Origin: an uncultured delta proteobacterium
GTDB taxonomy: Bacteria; Desulfobacterota; Binatia; UBA9968
Direction of reading: 5' to 3'
DNA length: 64,000 nt
NCBI GenBank assembly: GCA_963755715.1
Contig: CAVWLW010000069.1
Location: 128,001-192,000, forward strand
The notes below the pieces were generated by a model. The model was not told where the DNA came from. It ran no database searches and saw only the letters and a list, made by a program, of their open reading frames with translations. A program made the position numbers and the translations under genes. Below, in pieces: positions 21,720 to 31,092 of the stretch (positions within the stretch are counted from its first letter, which is position 1; each line of letters opens with the position of its first letter).

Positions 21720-22030
21720 GGGGTTCGTATTCACGAATCCCGACGGTTCGCCTATCACCAAGGGGCAAATTGAGTATCAAATCGAAAAGGCCGTTAAGAA
21801 CGCGGGAATCAGAAAGTTTGTTTTTCATAACTATCGCAACACGGTTTGACGCGGTGGGCCCGTCAGGGCATCAACGTCGACGTGGCGATGAAAGCCAGCC
21901 GGCCACAGGCTCAGTGCAAATGCACAAGCGTTACGTCGATCTCTAAGAAACAGATATCGCCGCCGCCTTCGGCACCTCGCAAATTGCTACGGGAATTGTT
22001 ACAGATGAGCGGTTAGACAATCGTAAATAG
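21720..22030 (+). pseudogene. Tyrosine recombinase/integrase C-terminal remnant
   Basis: Manual translation across frameshifts: FVFTNPDGSPI...AGIRKFVFHNYRNT..TRWARQGINVDVAMKASGH.SVQMHKRYVDL*; contains HxxR, GH and the catalytic Tyr. Confidence 0.85.
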
Positions 22031-22044
22031 CTGATCTTCTTTAT

Positions 22045-22139
22045 GGAGAAGGAAGGTGCCCGGTGGTGCCGCTGGTCTTCAAAACCAGTCTGGGGGTCGT
22101 AAGGTCCCCGGAGGGTTCGACTCCCTCCCTTCTCCGCCA
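22045..22139 (+). tRNA. selC: tRNA-Sec (anticodon TCA)
   Basis: 8-bp acceptor GGAGAAGG/CCTTCTCC plus GCCA, 6-bp D-stem with 4-nt loop, CTGGT-CTTCAAA-ACCAG anticodon arm, long variable arm and GTTCGAC T-loop. Confidence 0.95.
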
Positions 22140-22445
22140 CAAAAATACTGATAATTAAATGCCTACATTTTGCGATTGGGATTTAGCCCATCGTAGCCCG
22201 AATTCGCATGAGCGATCCCGAATCACGACAATTCATTACTTTTGTTTTTCCTCAGAGCGATTGTGTCATGAAATAAGATTCGCGGAAGAATACCCTGGCA
22301 TTAGATTCGGCGCGGTTGTATATCGTGCTTTACTCTAATACGATCTCGCGCATGCGCTTTCTTTCATTTACCGTTGAGATAAAGTCGTGGGTATATCGAG
22401 ACCACAGAGCGTTTGCTTGCGTCGCTTGAGATTAGCAGATCCAAA

Positions 22446-23495
22446 ATGGGCATTCCTTTACGCCAAAGTCTGGCCATTCTAAGTCACATTCTGAAAAAGC
22501 GCTTGCAGGGCGTTGAACGCTATCCGCTCGTGCTTATGTTAGAGCCGTTGTTTCGCTGTAATTTGGCCTGTGCCGGCTGCGGCAAAATTGACTATCCCGA
22601 AGGGATTCTGGATCGACAACTGAGTCCGGCGGAATGCATGGCTGCCATCGATGAATGTGGGGCTCCCGTGGTTTCCATCGCCGGGGGCGAGCCTTTAATC
22701 CACAAAGACATGCCGGAGATCGTTCGCGGCTTTATTCAGCGAAAGAAGTTCGTCTATTTATGCACGAACGCGTTACTTCTTTCTCGACGGATGAACGAAT
22801 ACGCCCCTTCGCCCTACCTGACATTTTCGGTTCATCTGGACGGCAACCGCGACCGGCACGACACCTCAGTCTGCCGCACGGGGGTGTTTGATGAAGCTGT
22901 GAAGGCGATTCAAATGGCGATCCAAAGGCGGTTCCGGGTAACGATTAACTGCACTCTGTTCCAAGGCGAGTCCGCGCAAGAGGTGGCAGCCTTTCTCGAT
23001 GATGCGATGGCGCTCGGAGTGGAGGGGGTAACCATTTCGCCTGGTTTTAGTTACCAGCATGCGCCCCAACAAGACGTTTTCATCCAGCGCAATGCGAGCA
23101 AACAACTGTTCAGAAATATTTTCAAGCTGGGCAAGAAGCGCCGCTGGCGGCTCAATCACTCGAGTCTGTTTTTGAATTTTCTGGCCGGTAACGAGACTTA
23201 CCGTTGCACACCCTGGGGCAACCCAACGCGTAACGTGTTCGGTTGGCAAAGACCCTGTTACTTGCTCGTGGACGAGGGTTATGCGCCGACATTTAAAGCC
23301 TTGATGGAAGAAACGAACTGGGATCGTTATGGCACCGGCAACAATCCCAAATGTGCCAACTGCATGGCGCATTGCGGTTATGAAGCCACCGCTGTCAATG
23401 ATGCCATGGGTCATCCGCTCAAGGGCTTACGCGTTTCACTGCGCGGTCCAAAAACCGAAGGGCCCTTCGCACCCGAGTTGCCCACCACTTATTAG
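22446..23495 (+). CDS. hpnH: Adenosyl-hopene transferase (radical SAM)
   Basis: YPLVLMLEPLFRCNLACAGCGKI, CTPWGNPTRNVFGWQRPCY and CANCMAHCGYE. Confidence 0.96.
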   Translation: MGIPLRQSLAILSHILKKRLQGVERYPLVLMLEPLFRCNLACAGCGKIDYPEGILDRQLSPAECMAAIDECGAPVVSIAGGEPLIHKDMPEIVRGFIQRKKFVYLCTNALLLSRRMNEYAPSPYLTFSVHLDGNRDRHDTSVCRTGVFDEAVKAIQMAIQRRFRVTINCTLFQGESAQEVAAFLDDAMALGVEGVTISPGFSYQHAPQQDVFIQRNASKQLFRNIFKLGKKRRWRLNHSSLFLNFLAGNETYRCTPWGNPTRNVFGWQRPCYLLVDEGYAPTFKALMEETNWDRYGTGNNPKCANCMAHCGYEATAVNDAMGHPLKGLRVSLRGPKTEGPFAPELPTTY

Positions 23496-23536
23496 ATTAC
23501 GGAAAAATTTCCGCCTTTGAAAAAAACCCTGGAACA

Positions 23537-24557
23537 TCAAGCAAACTTTTTCTTCGGCGGCTTCTGCGCCACATAGCCGTTTTTGTAAAACCAATCTATC
23601 TCATCGCGCAGACCCGCCACGGCGGGTCGTGCAGCATAGCCGAGCTCGCGCCGCGCCTTTTGCGCTGGAGAAATACATGAGCTTGCGAGACATGCGGACA
23701 GCATCAACAGTCAGCATCGGTTCGCCTCCTCCTCGAACACGCGCCACGCCTTCAGCGACGTAGGCGATCGGGGTAACAAACCAATGTGGCAGGCGTATGC
23801 GTGGTGGACGCCGGCCGGTAAGTTCAGCCACGGTTTCCAAAATCCATTGAAGGGTTCGATTCTCGCCACCTAGAATGTAGCTTTCGCCAACCACTCCCCT
23901 GTCGTAAGCCAACAGATGACCAGCTGCTACATCGTCCACGTGGACCACATTCAGCCCGGTATTTACATAGGCAGGCATGCGCCCCGAGGCGGCTTCGATA
24001 ATCATTCGTCCGGTCGGCGTCGGCTTGATATCACCCGGCCCGAAGGGCGCCGAGGGCTTCACGATAATCACCGGTATCCCTGCCTCTTCCACTAAACGTT
24101 TCACCTCGCGCTCAGCCAGAAACTTCGATTGCTTATAGGCGCCAATCATGTCGCACAGCTCCGCGTGGGAGGCTTCATCGGCAGGAAGGCCATCGCTTCT
24201 TAAGCGCAAGGTCGCCACGCTCGACGTGTAAACGACACGCGACACTCCCGCGGCGGCCGCCGCCCGGAGTAGATTGACCGTCCCCTGAACATTGGTCCGG
24301 TTCATTTTCTCTCGATCAGGCACCCAGAGTCGATAATCCGCAGCCACATGAAACATAGCCTCGCAGCCGCGCACCGCGCGCTGGAGTGACTCGTGCTCAA
24401 CGAGATCGCCCGTAACGATTTCACAGTCGACGCCCGTCAAGTTGCGCCGGTCGCTGCTGGGGCGGACCAGGGCGCGCACCTGGTGGCCCGCAGCCACCAG
24501 AGAACGCAGCACTGCCGCGCCGACAAAACCTGTCGCACCGGTCAATAGGGTGGTCAT
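23537..24557 (-). CDS. hpnA: Hopanoid-associated NAD-dependent sugar epimerase; frameshift near 23660 at the C-terminus
   Basis: TGATGFVG, HVAADYRLW, YKQSK and DIKPTPTG; a shifted frame continues ARRELGY...IDWF. Confidence 0.92.
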
Positions 24558-24717
24558 GGCTGTTGCTTTCGCCTGCCCGATTCAAAGCTCCGCACAGTAA
24601 AGCGCAAGTTCTGGGCTTTCGCGCCGGCCGTCGTCTTTTCTCTAATTTAGAATTTTTAAAATAACAAACTCGGCAAGCTGGTTGATAAAATAACTTTTCA
24701 ATGAAATTAATCTAACC

Positions 24718-25839
24718 GTGAACAGGATCACCTGCCCTTTAGCTTTGCGAGTTTCGTGGGTTTTCATCTTGCTCGCGCTGTCCGCCTGTGCCGGCCTGCC
24801 AGTGCGCGGCACAGTGGGCGGGCAAACGATCGAAACTCGAGTAGACTCGGAAGTGGCGCGCTACTATCTGGGAAGTTATCTTGCCGGCAACCGCACCAAT
24901 CCGACCCTCGATGCGCGCATCGATCAGATTTATCAGGCTATCGACGGCCACCTGCCCGGCCGCATCGAGCTCAAAGAATTGAGCGACGAATTTTCTGTTG
25001 ACTTCGCAGCACTGTACATGGCCGACCAGATCGCTCGTGTGCCTGCAAATCGTCGCTTTCGGAGCGCCTTCGATCAAGTGTACGAATACACCCGCAAAGC
25101 CTTCCCAGAAGGTCGAATGCAGGTACCTCAAGCTGGCAATTATGATGTGCTGTTTGTGCCGACCTATCTCTATAAACGTCTTACCTTTACCGGTGCCGAT
25201 ATGGCTGTTCCGCGAAAGGCGCTCCAAAAGGTAGGATTTACCTGCCATTTTGTCGAAACCCAAGACGACGGCACGATTGAAGCAAATGCAGATCTGGTGG
25301 CTGCCGCTATTCGCGCCCTCGCGCCGAGCGGCCGACGGTTGATCATAGTGAGCGCCAGCAAGTCCGGCCCAGAAGTTGCGCTAGCGCTAACCAAACTTGG
25401 GCCCGCTGAAACCCACCACGTTGCGGCATGGATCAATACGGTGGGCGCACTCCAGGGCACGCCACTGATAGATGACCGCGTTCTCCCCGAGGTTGAATTT
25501 ATAGTCGGCAAGGTCAATCCGGCCGGCGTTGCAAGTATGACGACAACGCAAAGCCGTCAACGGTTCGAATCCTTCCGCATTCCCAAACATGTGTTTGTGG
25601 TCAACTACTTTGGTATACCCACGGTTGGCAGCATTTCGTTTTTGGCAGCCAAAGGCTTTTATCCGCTGCGAAAGTACGGGCCCAACGATGGGATTGTGCT
25701 GTTACCGGATATGATTTTTCCAGATGGAGTAACGCTAGCTCAGGTGGGCAGTGACCATCTTCGGCTTAACGACCATATGGATATTGCCGGAGTGGCATTG
25801 GCAGTGACTGTAATCAATTGGCTGGAAAGCCAGCCATGA
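24718..25839 (+). CDS. Lipoprotein with lipase-like alpha/beta hydrolase domain
   Basis: LSAC lipobox, variant nucleophile elbow SASKSG, GALQGTPL, GPNDG and a C-terminal His. Confidence 0.65.
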   Translation: MNRITCPLALRVSWVFILLALSACAGLPVRGTVGGQTIETRVDSEVARYYLGSYLAGNRTNPTLDARIDQIYQAIDGHLPGRIELKELSDEFSVDFAALYMADQIARVPANRRFRSAFDQVYEYTRKAFPEGRMQVPQAGNYDVLFVPTYLYKRLTFTGADMAVPRKALQKVGFTCHFVETQDDGTIEANADLVAAAIRALAPSGRRLIIVSASKSGPEVALALTKLGPAETHHVAAWINTVGALQGTPLIDDRVLPEVEFIVGKVNPAGVASMTTTQSRQRFESFRIPKHVFVVNYFGIPTVGSISFLAAKGFYPLRKYGPNDGIVLLPDMIFPDGVTLAQVGSDHLRLNDHMDIAGVALAVTVINWLESQP

Positions 25840-25903
25840 CCATCAAATGGTCAATGGGCTGGAAAGTCATGATCATCAAATGTCGCCGGTTCCTGAGGAT
25901 TAG

Positions 25904-28900
25904 TTACGCGATCATTCCGCCGAGGCTTCTGAGCATGGCGACCACTTCGTCGGGCAAAACGGGCGGAATCTTTCCCATCATGTGGCAAGCAATGAGATTG
26001 TTGGCGGTCTGCTCAATGATGAGGGTCATATCGATGGTTTGACGCAGATTTGGTCCGCGGACGATAAGGCCGTGGTTCTGCAGGATCACTGCGCTAGCGT
26101 CCTTCACAGCCGCACCAACTGCATCGGCTAGCTCGGCCGTTCCGGGCATGATGAACGGGATGCGCGGGATCTCCCCGATGTATGCGGCTTCTGTCGAGAT
26201 CGGCAGAAATGGGATGTCCGACAGACCCAAGAGCGTTGCCTTCGGCGCATGCGAGTGGATCACCGCGCCGACATTTGGGTTGTTGCGGTACACCGCGCAG
26301 TGCAACATGCGCTCGCTCGATGGTGCATGGGGAGGATCACCGATCGGATTTCCCTCCAGATCGATGCGCACCAACATATCGCTTCGAAGCGCGCCCTTGA
26401 AGCACGAATTGGGCGTGATCCACAGTTCGTGTTTGCCTGGGATACGCACGCTTACGTTGCCGCCCGTCGCAGTAATGAGTCCGTGAGCGTACATTTCCTC
26501 AACGGTGCGAATGACTTCGGCGCGAATATCACCGGCGACAATTCGATCCGCGTCCGCGCCGCTTGGCGCGGGCATAGTAAGCGTCCCGGCAGGTGCATTG
26601 TTCTGCGTGAGTTCTGCGTAGGCTACCCGTTCAAAAACGGCGTCAAGATCTTTGACTTCGGCGCGAGCCTCGGTGTAGAGACGATTGAAATCGTTCTGAA
26701 TGCGCTGCAGCGACATGGCCTTGATCGTGTCGCCAATGAATGACAGTTTGCCGGTCATCGCCGCCTTCGGACCGTTCTCTTTTCCGGTAAACAGCTTATC
26801 GAGAATATCAGCCTTCATTTTCAAAGTGACTTGCGGCTTGTCCGGCGACTCGCCCACGCCGCAACGCACTGCGCCTTGATCGAAAGCGGTATAGAAAGAG
26901 ATTTTTATATCCGTGAGCTCATAGCGTACCGTCACCCGCCGGCCTTCAGCAAATGACAGGATTTTCTCATCGCGGTTCACCCGCTGGGTAAAGATGTCCA
27001 AGAGTTGTTCCATATGCGTACGCACTTCATTGAGTAGGTCCGAATCCGTGCGGTCCTGGTGCGTAAGCGAATGGTCGTTTCGCGGCCCAATAGTCTCCGA
27101 TCGAGAACCGAGAAAAGCATTCTTGAGACCGGACAGCAGGCTTTGCTTCTTTGCTGCACGCGGCGTTGCGGCGTGCAAGACCGACGACGCCTCTGGAGGC
27201 GACCCGGTCTGCGTGCTGCTGCTAGGAAGGTCGGTTACCGACGGCCGAGAGTTCTGCCGTAGTCGCTCGAGAATCTCAGTTGAAGGCACCGGCCGCGGCG
27301 CGATCCAACTGAAATGATCGAGGACCTCAGCATTGGCGACGTTAGCCGCCCGCCCGTCGTGCAGGAGGTCAGCCAGGTTCGCGGTCACGATGGCGCCCTG
27401 GTGGGAGAAGACTTCGAAGGTGTTGCCGCCGATGTGCGGCGTGGCGATCACATTCGCAAGCTGGAGTAGCGGATGATCTGAAGCTGGCGGTTCGACGGGA
27501 AATACATCCACCGCCGCGCCCGCAAGCCGCCCGTTTTTGAGCGCCGACACGAGCGCCGCTTCGTCAACCAGAGCCGCCCGGGCGGTATTGACTAAATATG
27601 CGCCTGGCTTCATCTGTTCAATCTCCGCGGGCCCGAGCAATGGCCGCGATTCGTCGGTCACGGCCGCGTGTAGGGTGATGAAATCGCTCTCGGCGAGGAG
27701 CTCTTGCAGCGAGACCGATTCGACGTCGAGGAGCACCGCCTTTTCGGGCGAAAGGAATGGATCATGGGCGATCAGCCGCGCCCCGAACGGCTGAAGTCGC
27801 TTAGCCACACATTGCCCGACGGCCCCGAGACCGACAATGCCGATCGTTTTATGCCACAACTCATGCCCCTGTAGGCCCTCGAACGCCCGGCCCATGCGGC
27901 CGACATCACCTTCTTCGCCGGGATCATGGAGGAATTGCGTCGCTTGCGGTAGCTTGCGCGCCAACATCAGCATGAAAGAGACCGCAAGGTCGGCGACCGC
28001 GTCGGCGTTGCGAGCCGGGGTCGTAATCACTAAAACGCCATGCGCTGTGCACGCCTCGATGTCGACGTTGACTGCGTTACTGCGGCAGCACACGACGACG
28101 CGAAGATCCGGCGCCTTGCTCAGTACTTCCGCGTCTACTGCGTCAACCTCAGTGACGAACACCTGAACTCCGGCGAGCGCTTCGATGAGATCGTCACCGG
28201 TAAGCAATCGTAGGTTTTCGCGAAAGCCTTCATAGCGCACTTCTCCAAGCTGGCGCAGTGCCGCCAAGGCTTGTTCGTCTATAGATGCAGTCACGAGGAT
28301 ATTGGGGCGTGGCGCATTACTATTGAATGGATCGCGCGCGCTATGCTTGGTCGCTTGTTGTATGAACGCTTGAATCGCGCTTGATTCGGCTAGCTCGTCG
28401 ACCTTCTGACGCGCGGCGCGCATTTCAAGCCAGCGATCGTAGTGAGATTGATATGCCGCACGCCGATGCGGATCGGGCAGAAAACTACGCCGTCCACTGG
28501 CAAAACGCTTGGCGCCCTCGACAATGTTGGAATAGAGGCTCGCTCCGACGCCGGCGCAAATAGCCGCGCCAAGCGCCGAGCACTCCGGCACAAGGACAGC
28601 TTCAATCGGGACGCCGGTCACATCCGAGAGAAGCTGGGCGAAGAATATGCTTTTCGACATTCCACCCGCCAATCGAAGCGATTCGAGCGGTTGGTTTTGC
28701 GCCGTTTTTTGCAGCAGTTCAATATTGCCCCTCGCCGCGAAAGCCAATCCTTCGACAACTGCTCGCGACACATGACGCCGGCGCGATGGATCCTCGGCCA
28801 CCAGCATTGGTGACAATGTGAGATGCCCGACGGGCATCCGCAGGTGACTGGCGTCGAATATTTCGGCTCCGAGCGTTGAAACGATCCCTTCGGCGCCCAC

Positions 28901-29890
28901 CGCACTTTGCGATGCTTCGGCAAACAAAGCCGCAACGGGATCGCTCAAGCCGGAATAAATCACGCCAGCCAGCCACTCGATCAAGTCGCCGGTCGGGCCG
29001 CCGTTGGACTCGAGTGTCCAGCGTTCCTCAACGACATGATGCGATGTCCAGACGCGCGCCTCTGGATCGATGAGCTTGGTATTGACTACCCATTGGAGCG
29101 GCATCGTCGAACCAGCGATGATGCCCATTTGGCCTGGATCAATCACGCCCGCGCCAAGCAGCCCGCACTGTGTATCGCCACCGCCGGTAACGACGGAAAT
29201 GCCTGGAAGCAGACCTAAATGATGAGCGGCATCCTCGAGAAGGGGCCCAAGCACACTCCCTGACGCCGCTATCTCTGGAAACAGATGTCGTGGTAATCCA
29301 AGCGACCCAATGAGATCATCCGCCCATCGCCTTGGGCCTATCTCGAACAGCCCGCTTTCGCTTGCCACAGACGGTTCGACTACCATCTTTCCCGACAGTC
29401 GGTATGCCAACCAATCGCTTAGCGCCAATACCGCGTGCGCTCGAGATAGAAGCTCCGGCTCAGAGTCCGCAATCCACAACAGGCGGGAAACTGTAAACAG
29501 CGGCGCCGGAAAATGGCCGGTACGCTCGTGAAACTCGCGCCCTCGCTCACTGGCCAGCTGAAGGGATTGCATCGAACCACGCGCATCTCGCGTCGGGGTT
29601 GCGAGCAATGCCTCTCCTCGGGCATCAACCAGCACCGACCCGTGGCGCATGCCCGTGGTAGAGACCGCCAAAACATCTTGCGGTCGTGCGCCGATCTTGA
29701 TCATCGCCTCATGCGCCGCATCACCGAAGAGACGCCACACTTCGAGAGTATCGAGGTCGTAACCAAATCCGGCGGTCATCCGATGATGCAATGGCCGGCG
29801 CGCGCTGATCACCGCGCCAGAATCCACGTCAAGAAGCAAGCAGCGGATTTTTTTGCCGCCGAGGTCGAGCCCCATTAGGTACTGCGCCAC
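25904..29890 (-). CDS. Four-domain fusion: FGGY carbohydrate kinase, D-2-hydroxyacid dehydrogenase, SCP2 lipid-binding domain and class II aldolase
   Basis: Kinase: GLDLG, GGGDTQ, LAGGMSKS. Dehydrogenase: GIVGLGAVG, VNTARAALVD, TPHIGG. SCP2: VTLKMKADIL...AAMTGKLSFIGD. Aldolase: GGNVSVR, PSSERMLH, IHSHAP, LQNHGL. One uninterrupted 1328-aa ORF with an AGGAGG RBS. Confidence 0.88.
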   Translation of the reverse strand: MAQYLMGLDLGGKKIRCLLLDVDSGAVISARRPLHHRMTAGFGYDLDTLEVWRLFGDAAHEAMIKIGARPQDVLAVSTTGMRHGSVLVDARGEALLATPTRDARGSMQSLQLASERGREFHERTGHFPAPLFTVSRLLWIADSEPELLSRAHAVLALSDWLAYRLSGKMVVEPSVASESGLFEIGPRRWADDLIGSLGLPRHLFPEIAASGSVLGPLLEDAAHHLGLLPGISVVTGGGDTQCGLLGAGVIDPGQMGIIAGSTMPLQWVVNTKLIDPEARVWTSHHVVEERWTLESNGGPTGDLIEWLAGVIYSGLSDPVAALFAEASQSAVGAEGIVSTLGAEIFDASHLRMPVGHLTLSPMLVAEDPSRRRHVSRAVVEGLAFAARGNIELLQKTAQNQPLESLRLAGGMSKSIFFAQLLSDVTGVPIEAVLVPECSALGAAICAGVGASLYSNIVEGAKRFASGRRSFLPDPHRRAAYQSHYDRWLEMRAARQKVDELAESSAIQAFIQQATKHSARDPFNSNAPRPNILVTASIDEQALAALRQLGEVRYEGFRENLRLLTGDDLIEALAGVQVFVTEVDAVDAEVLSKAPDLRVVVCCRSNAVNVDIEACTAHGVLVITTPARNADAVADLAVSFMLMLARKLPQATQFLHDPGEEGDVGRMGRAFEGLQGHELWHKTIGIVGLGAVGQCVAKRLQPFGARLIAHDPFLSPEKAVLLDVESVSLQELLAESDFITLHAAVTDESRPLLGPAEIEQMKPGAYLVNTARAALVDEAALVSALKNGRLAGAAVDVFPVEPPASDHPLLQLANVIATPHIGGNTFEVFSHQGAIVTANLADLLHDGRAANVANAEVLDHFSWIAPRPVPSTEILERLRQNSRPSVTDLPSSSTQTGSPPEASSVLHAATPRAAKKQSLLSGLKNAFLGSRSETIGPRNDHSLTHQDRTDSDLLNEVRTHMEQLLDIFTQRVNRDEKILSFAEGRRVTVRYELTDIKISFYTAFDQGAVRCGVGESPDKPQVTLKMKADILDKLFTGKENGPKAAMTGKLSFIGDTIKAMSLQRIQNDFNRLYTEARAEVKDLDAVFERVAYAELTQNNAPAGTLTMPAPSGADADRIVAGDIRAEVIRTVEEMYAHGLITATGGNVSVRIPGKHELWITPNSCFKGALRSDMLVRIDLEGNPIGDPPHAPSSERMLHCAVYRNNPNVGAVIHSHAPKATLLGLSDIPFLPISTEAAYIGEIPRIPFIMPGTAELADAVGAAVKDASAVILQNHGLIVRGPNLRQTIDMTLIIEQTANNLIACHMMGKIPPVLPDEVVAMLRSLGGMIA

Positions 29891-30040
29891 TGATTTCCTC
29901 CTGCCAATAGACCAACGATAACGTTAGCCGAGACAGCCAGCCAATTGAACAGCCTCTTAGCCCAATCGAAGATTGATTGTCCACTCACCGGGTTCGAGTG
30001 TGAGCAGTGTCGGGGATATTGCTTCGGTGGCATCCTTATA

Positions 30041-30074
30041 CTATGTACGAACTGAATGCTATGTACGAACTGAA
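30041..30074. repeat. Tandem 16-nt direct repeat with 18-nt period in a divergent promoter region
   Basis: CTATGTACGAACTGAA at 30041-30056 and 30059-30074. Confidence 0.85.
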
Positions 30075-30158
30075 ATTTTTACTAAACGAGAGAGGCGTAA
30101 AGCTGTCTTTGAAGCGACGAGAACTTCTGAATCTCGGTTCTAAAGCCTGGTGAGGTTA

Positions 30159-31055
30159 ATGTCGTACGGTTCTCTGTTTGGACGGTCTACAATTGAGGCC
30201 CGCCATGACAACTGGACGTCCTACCTCGACTTCATTCGCAAGACCTCCGGCGAGTTGCTCGAAGCGGACAAAGATTTAACCCATAAGCGGGAGCTGCTCA
30301 AGCAGCTGTCGGAGCCAGCGGTTCTCACGCGCCAGCCACTTGCTTCAGGGGAGGCCTTTTACCGCAATTGCGACAAGCTGCGCGATGATCCTCGCTCCCT
30401 CGACGAGAAAACGCTCACTCTCACTTGCATTTACAAGTTTGCGCGCCACGAGTGGGCCGGCATCGAGGCCGCTTGGAGCGCCGTTCCTACCCTCGACCAG
30501 TGCGACAACGTGCGCTCCCGAATTGCCCGCTACCACCTCGCCGAAGAGTTTTGTCATGTACGCTTGTTCGGCGAGATGTTTAAGACCTGTCGCCTCGATC
30601 ACGTCGAGTGGATTCCCATGCCGCGCTTCACGCGCTGGTTTTACGCGGCCATCGCGCGTTTCCCTTACGCCATTTTGGGAGCGCCGGCCCTCGCCTCAGA
30701 GCTGATGGGGGTGACTTTCTATTTTCATTTGAAGCCGCTCTTAAACGAAGTTTTTGCCGACGAACCCGAAGCCCTGGCACAACTCCAACGGCTGCTCGAA
30801 GTGATCACCCTCGACGAACTGTCACACATCGGCCAGCGCCGCAACTACTTGGGCGCCATCGCGATTCGTGTCGCACGGAGGCTACTATCGCCGATGATCC
30901 GATCGTATTTTGCCGACATTCCTGAGGCCAAGTTGCTTTTTAACGTCGATAAGATGGTGCAGGATGCGCGAGAGTTTGACTACAACCTTCTGTCGCCGCG
31001 CATCCTCGAGCGTATCTGGATCCCGAGCTACATTCTCGCCGCCAGAAGCGTGTAG
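30159..31055 (+). CDS. Ferritin-like diiron protein
   Basis: E (RHEW), EEFCH, SELMG and DELSH form a two-fold E..ExxH diiron ligand pattern; GAGG RBS. Confidence 0.75.
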   Translation: MSYGSLFGRSTIEARHDNWTSYLDFIRKTSGELLEADKDLTHKRELLKQLSEPAVLTRQPLASGEAFYRNCDKLRDDPRSLDEKTLTLTCIYKFARHEWAGIEAAWSAVPTLDQCDNVRSRIARYHLAEEFCHVRLFGEMFKTCRLDHVEWIPMPRFTRWFYAAIARFPYAILGAPALASELMGVTFYFHLKPLLNEVFADEPEALAQLQRLLEVITLDELSHIGQRRNYLGAIAIRVARRLLSPMIRSYFADIPEAKLLFNVDKMVQDAREFDYNLLSPRILERIWIPSYILAARSV

Positions 31056-31092
31056 CCACTGCGAACGCCTACGGCTTTCTACGAGAGCTTTT

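Larger units (their letters stand above)
19503..22088. mobile_element. Decayed integrative element (about 2.5 kb) inserted in selC
   Basis: Flanking tRNA 5'-half direct repeats, an integrase pseudogene abutting the tRNA, and a 23-nt repeat near both ends (19681-19703, 21981-22003). Confidence 0.75.

Noticed and set aside
21943-22140. 65-aa minus-strand ORF MAEKGGSRTLRGP...
   Set aside because: It is the antisense reading of tRNA-Sec.
25904-29890. Calling the fusion lsrK (AI-2 kinase) or serA
   Set aside because: No lsr transporter, lsrR, lsrF or lsrG nearby and no ACT domain; similarity is only family-level.
30041-30074. Repeat considered as a mini CRISPR array
   Set aside because: Only two units with a 2-nt spacer and no cas genes; no CRISPR array was seen anywhere in the window.
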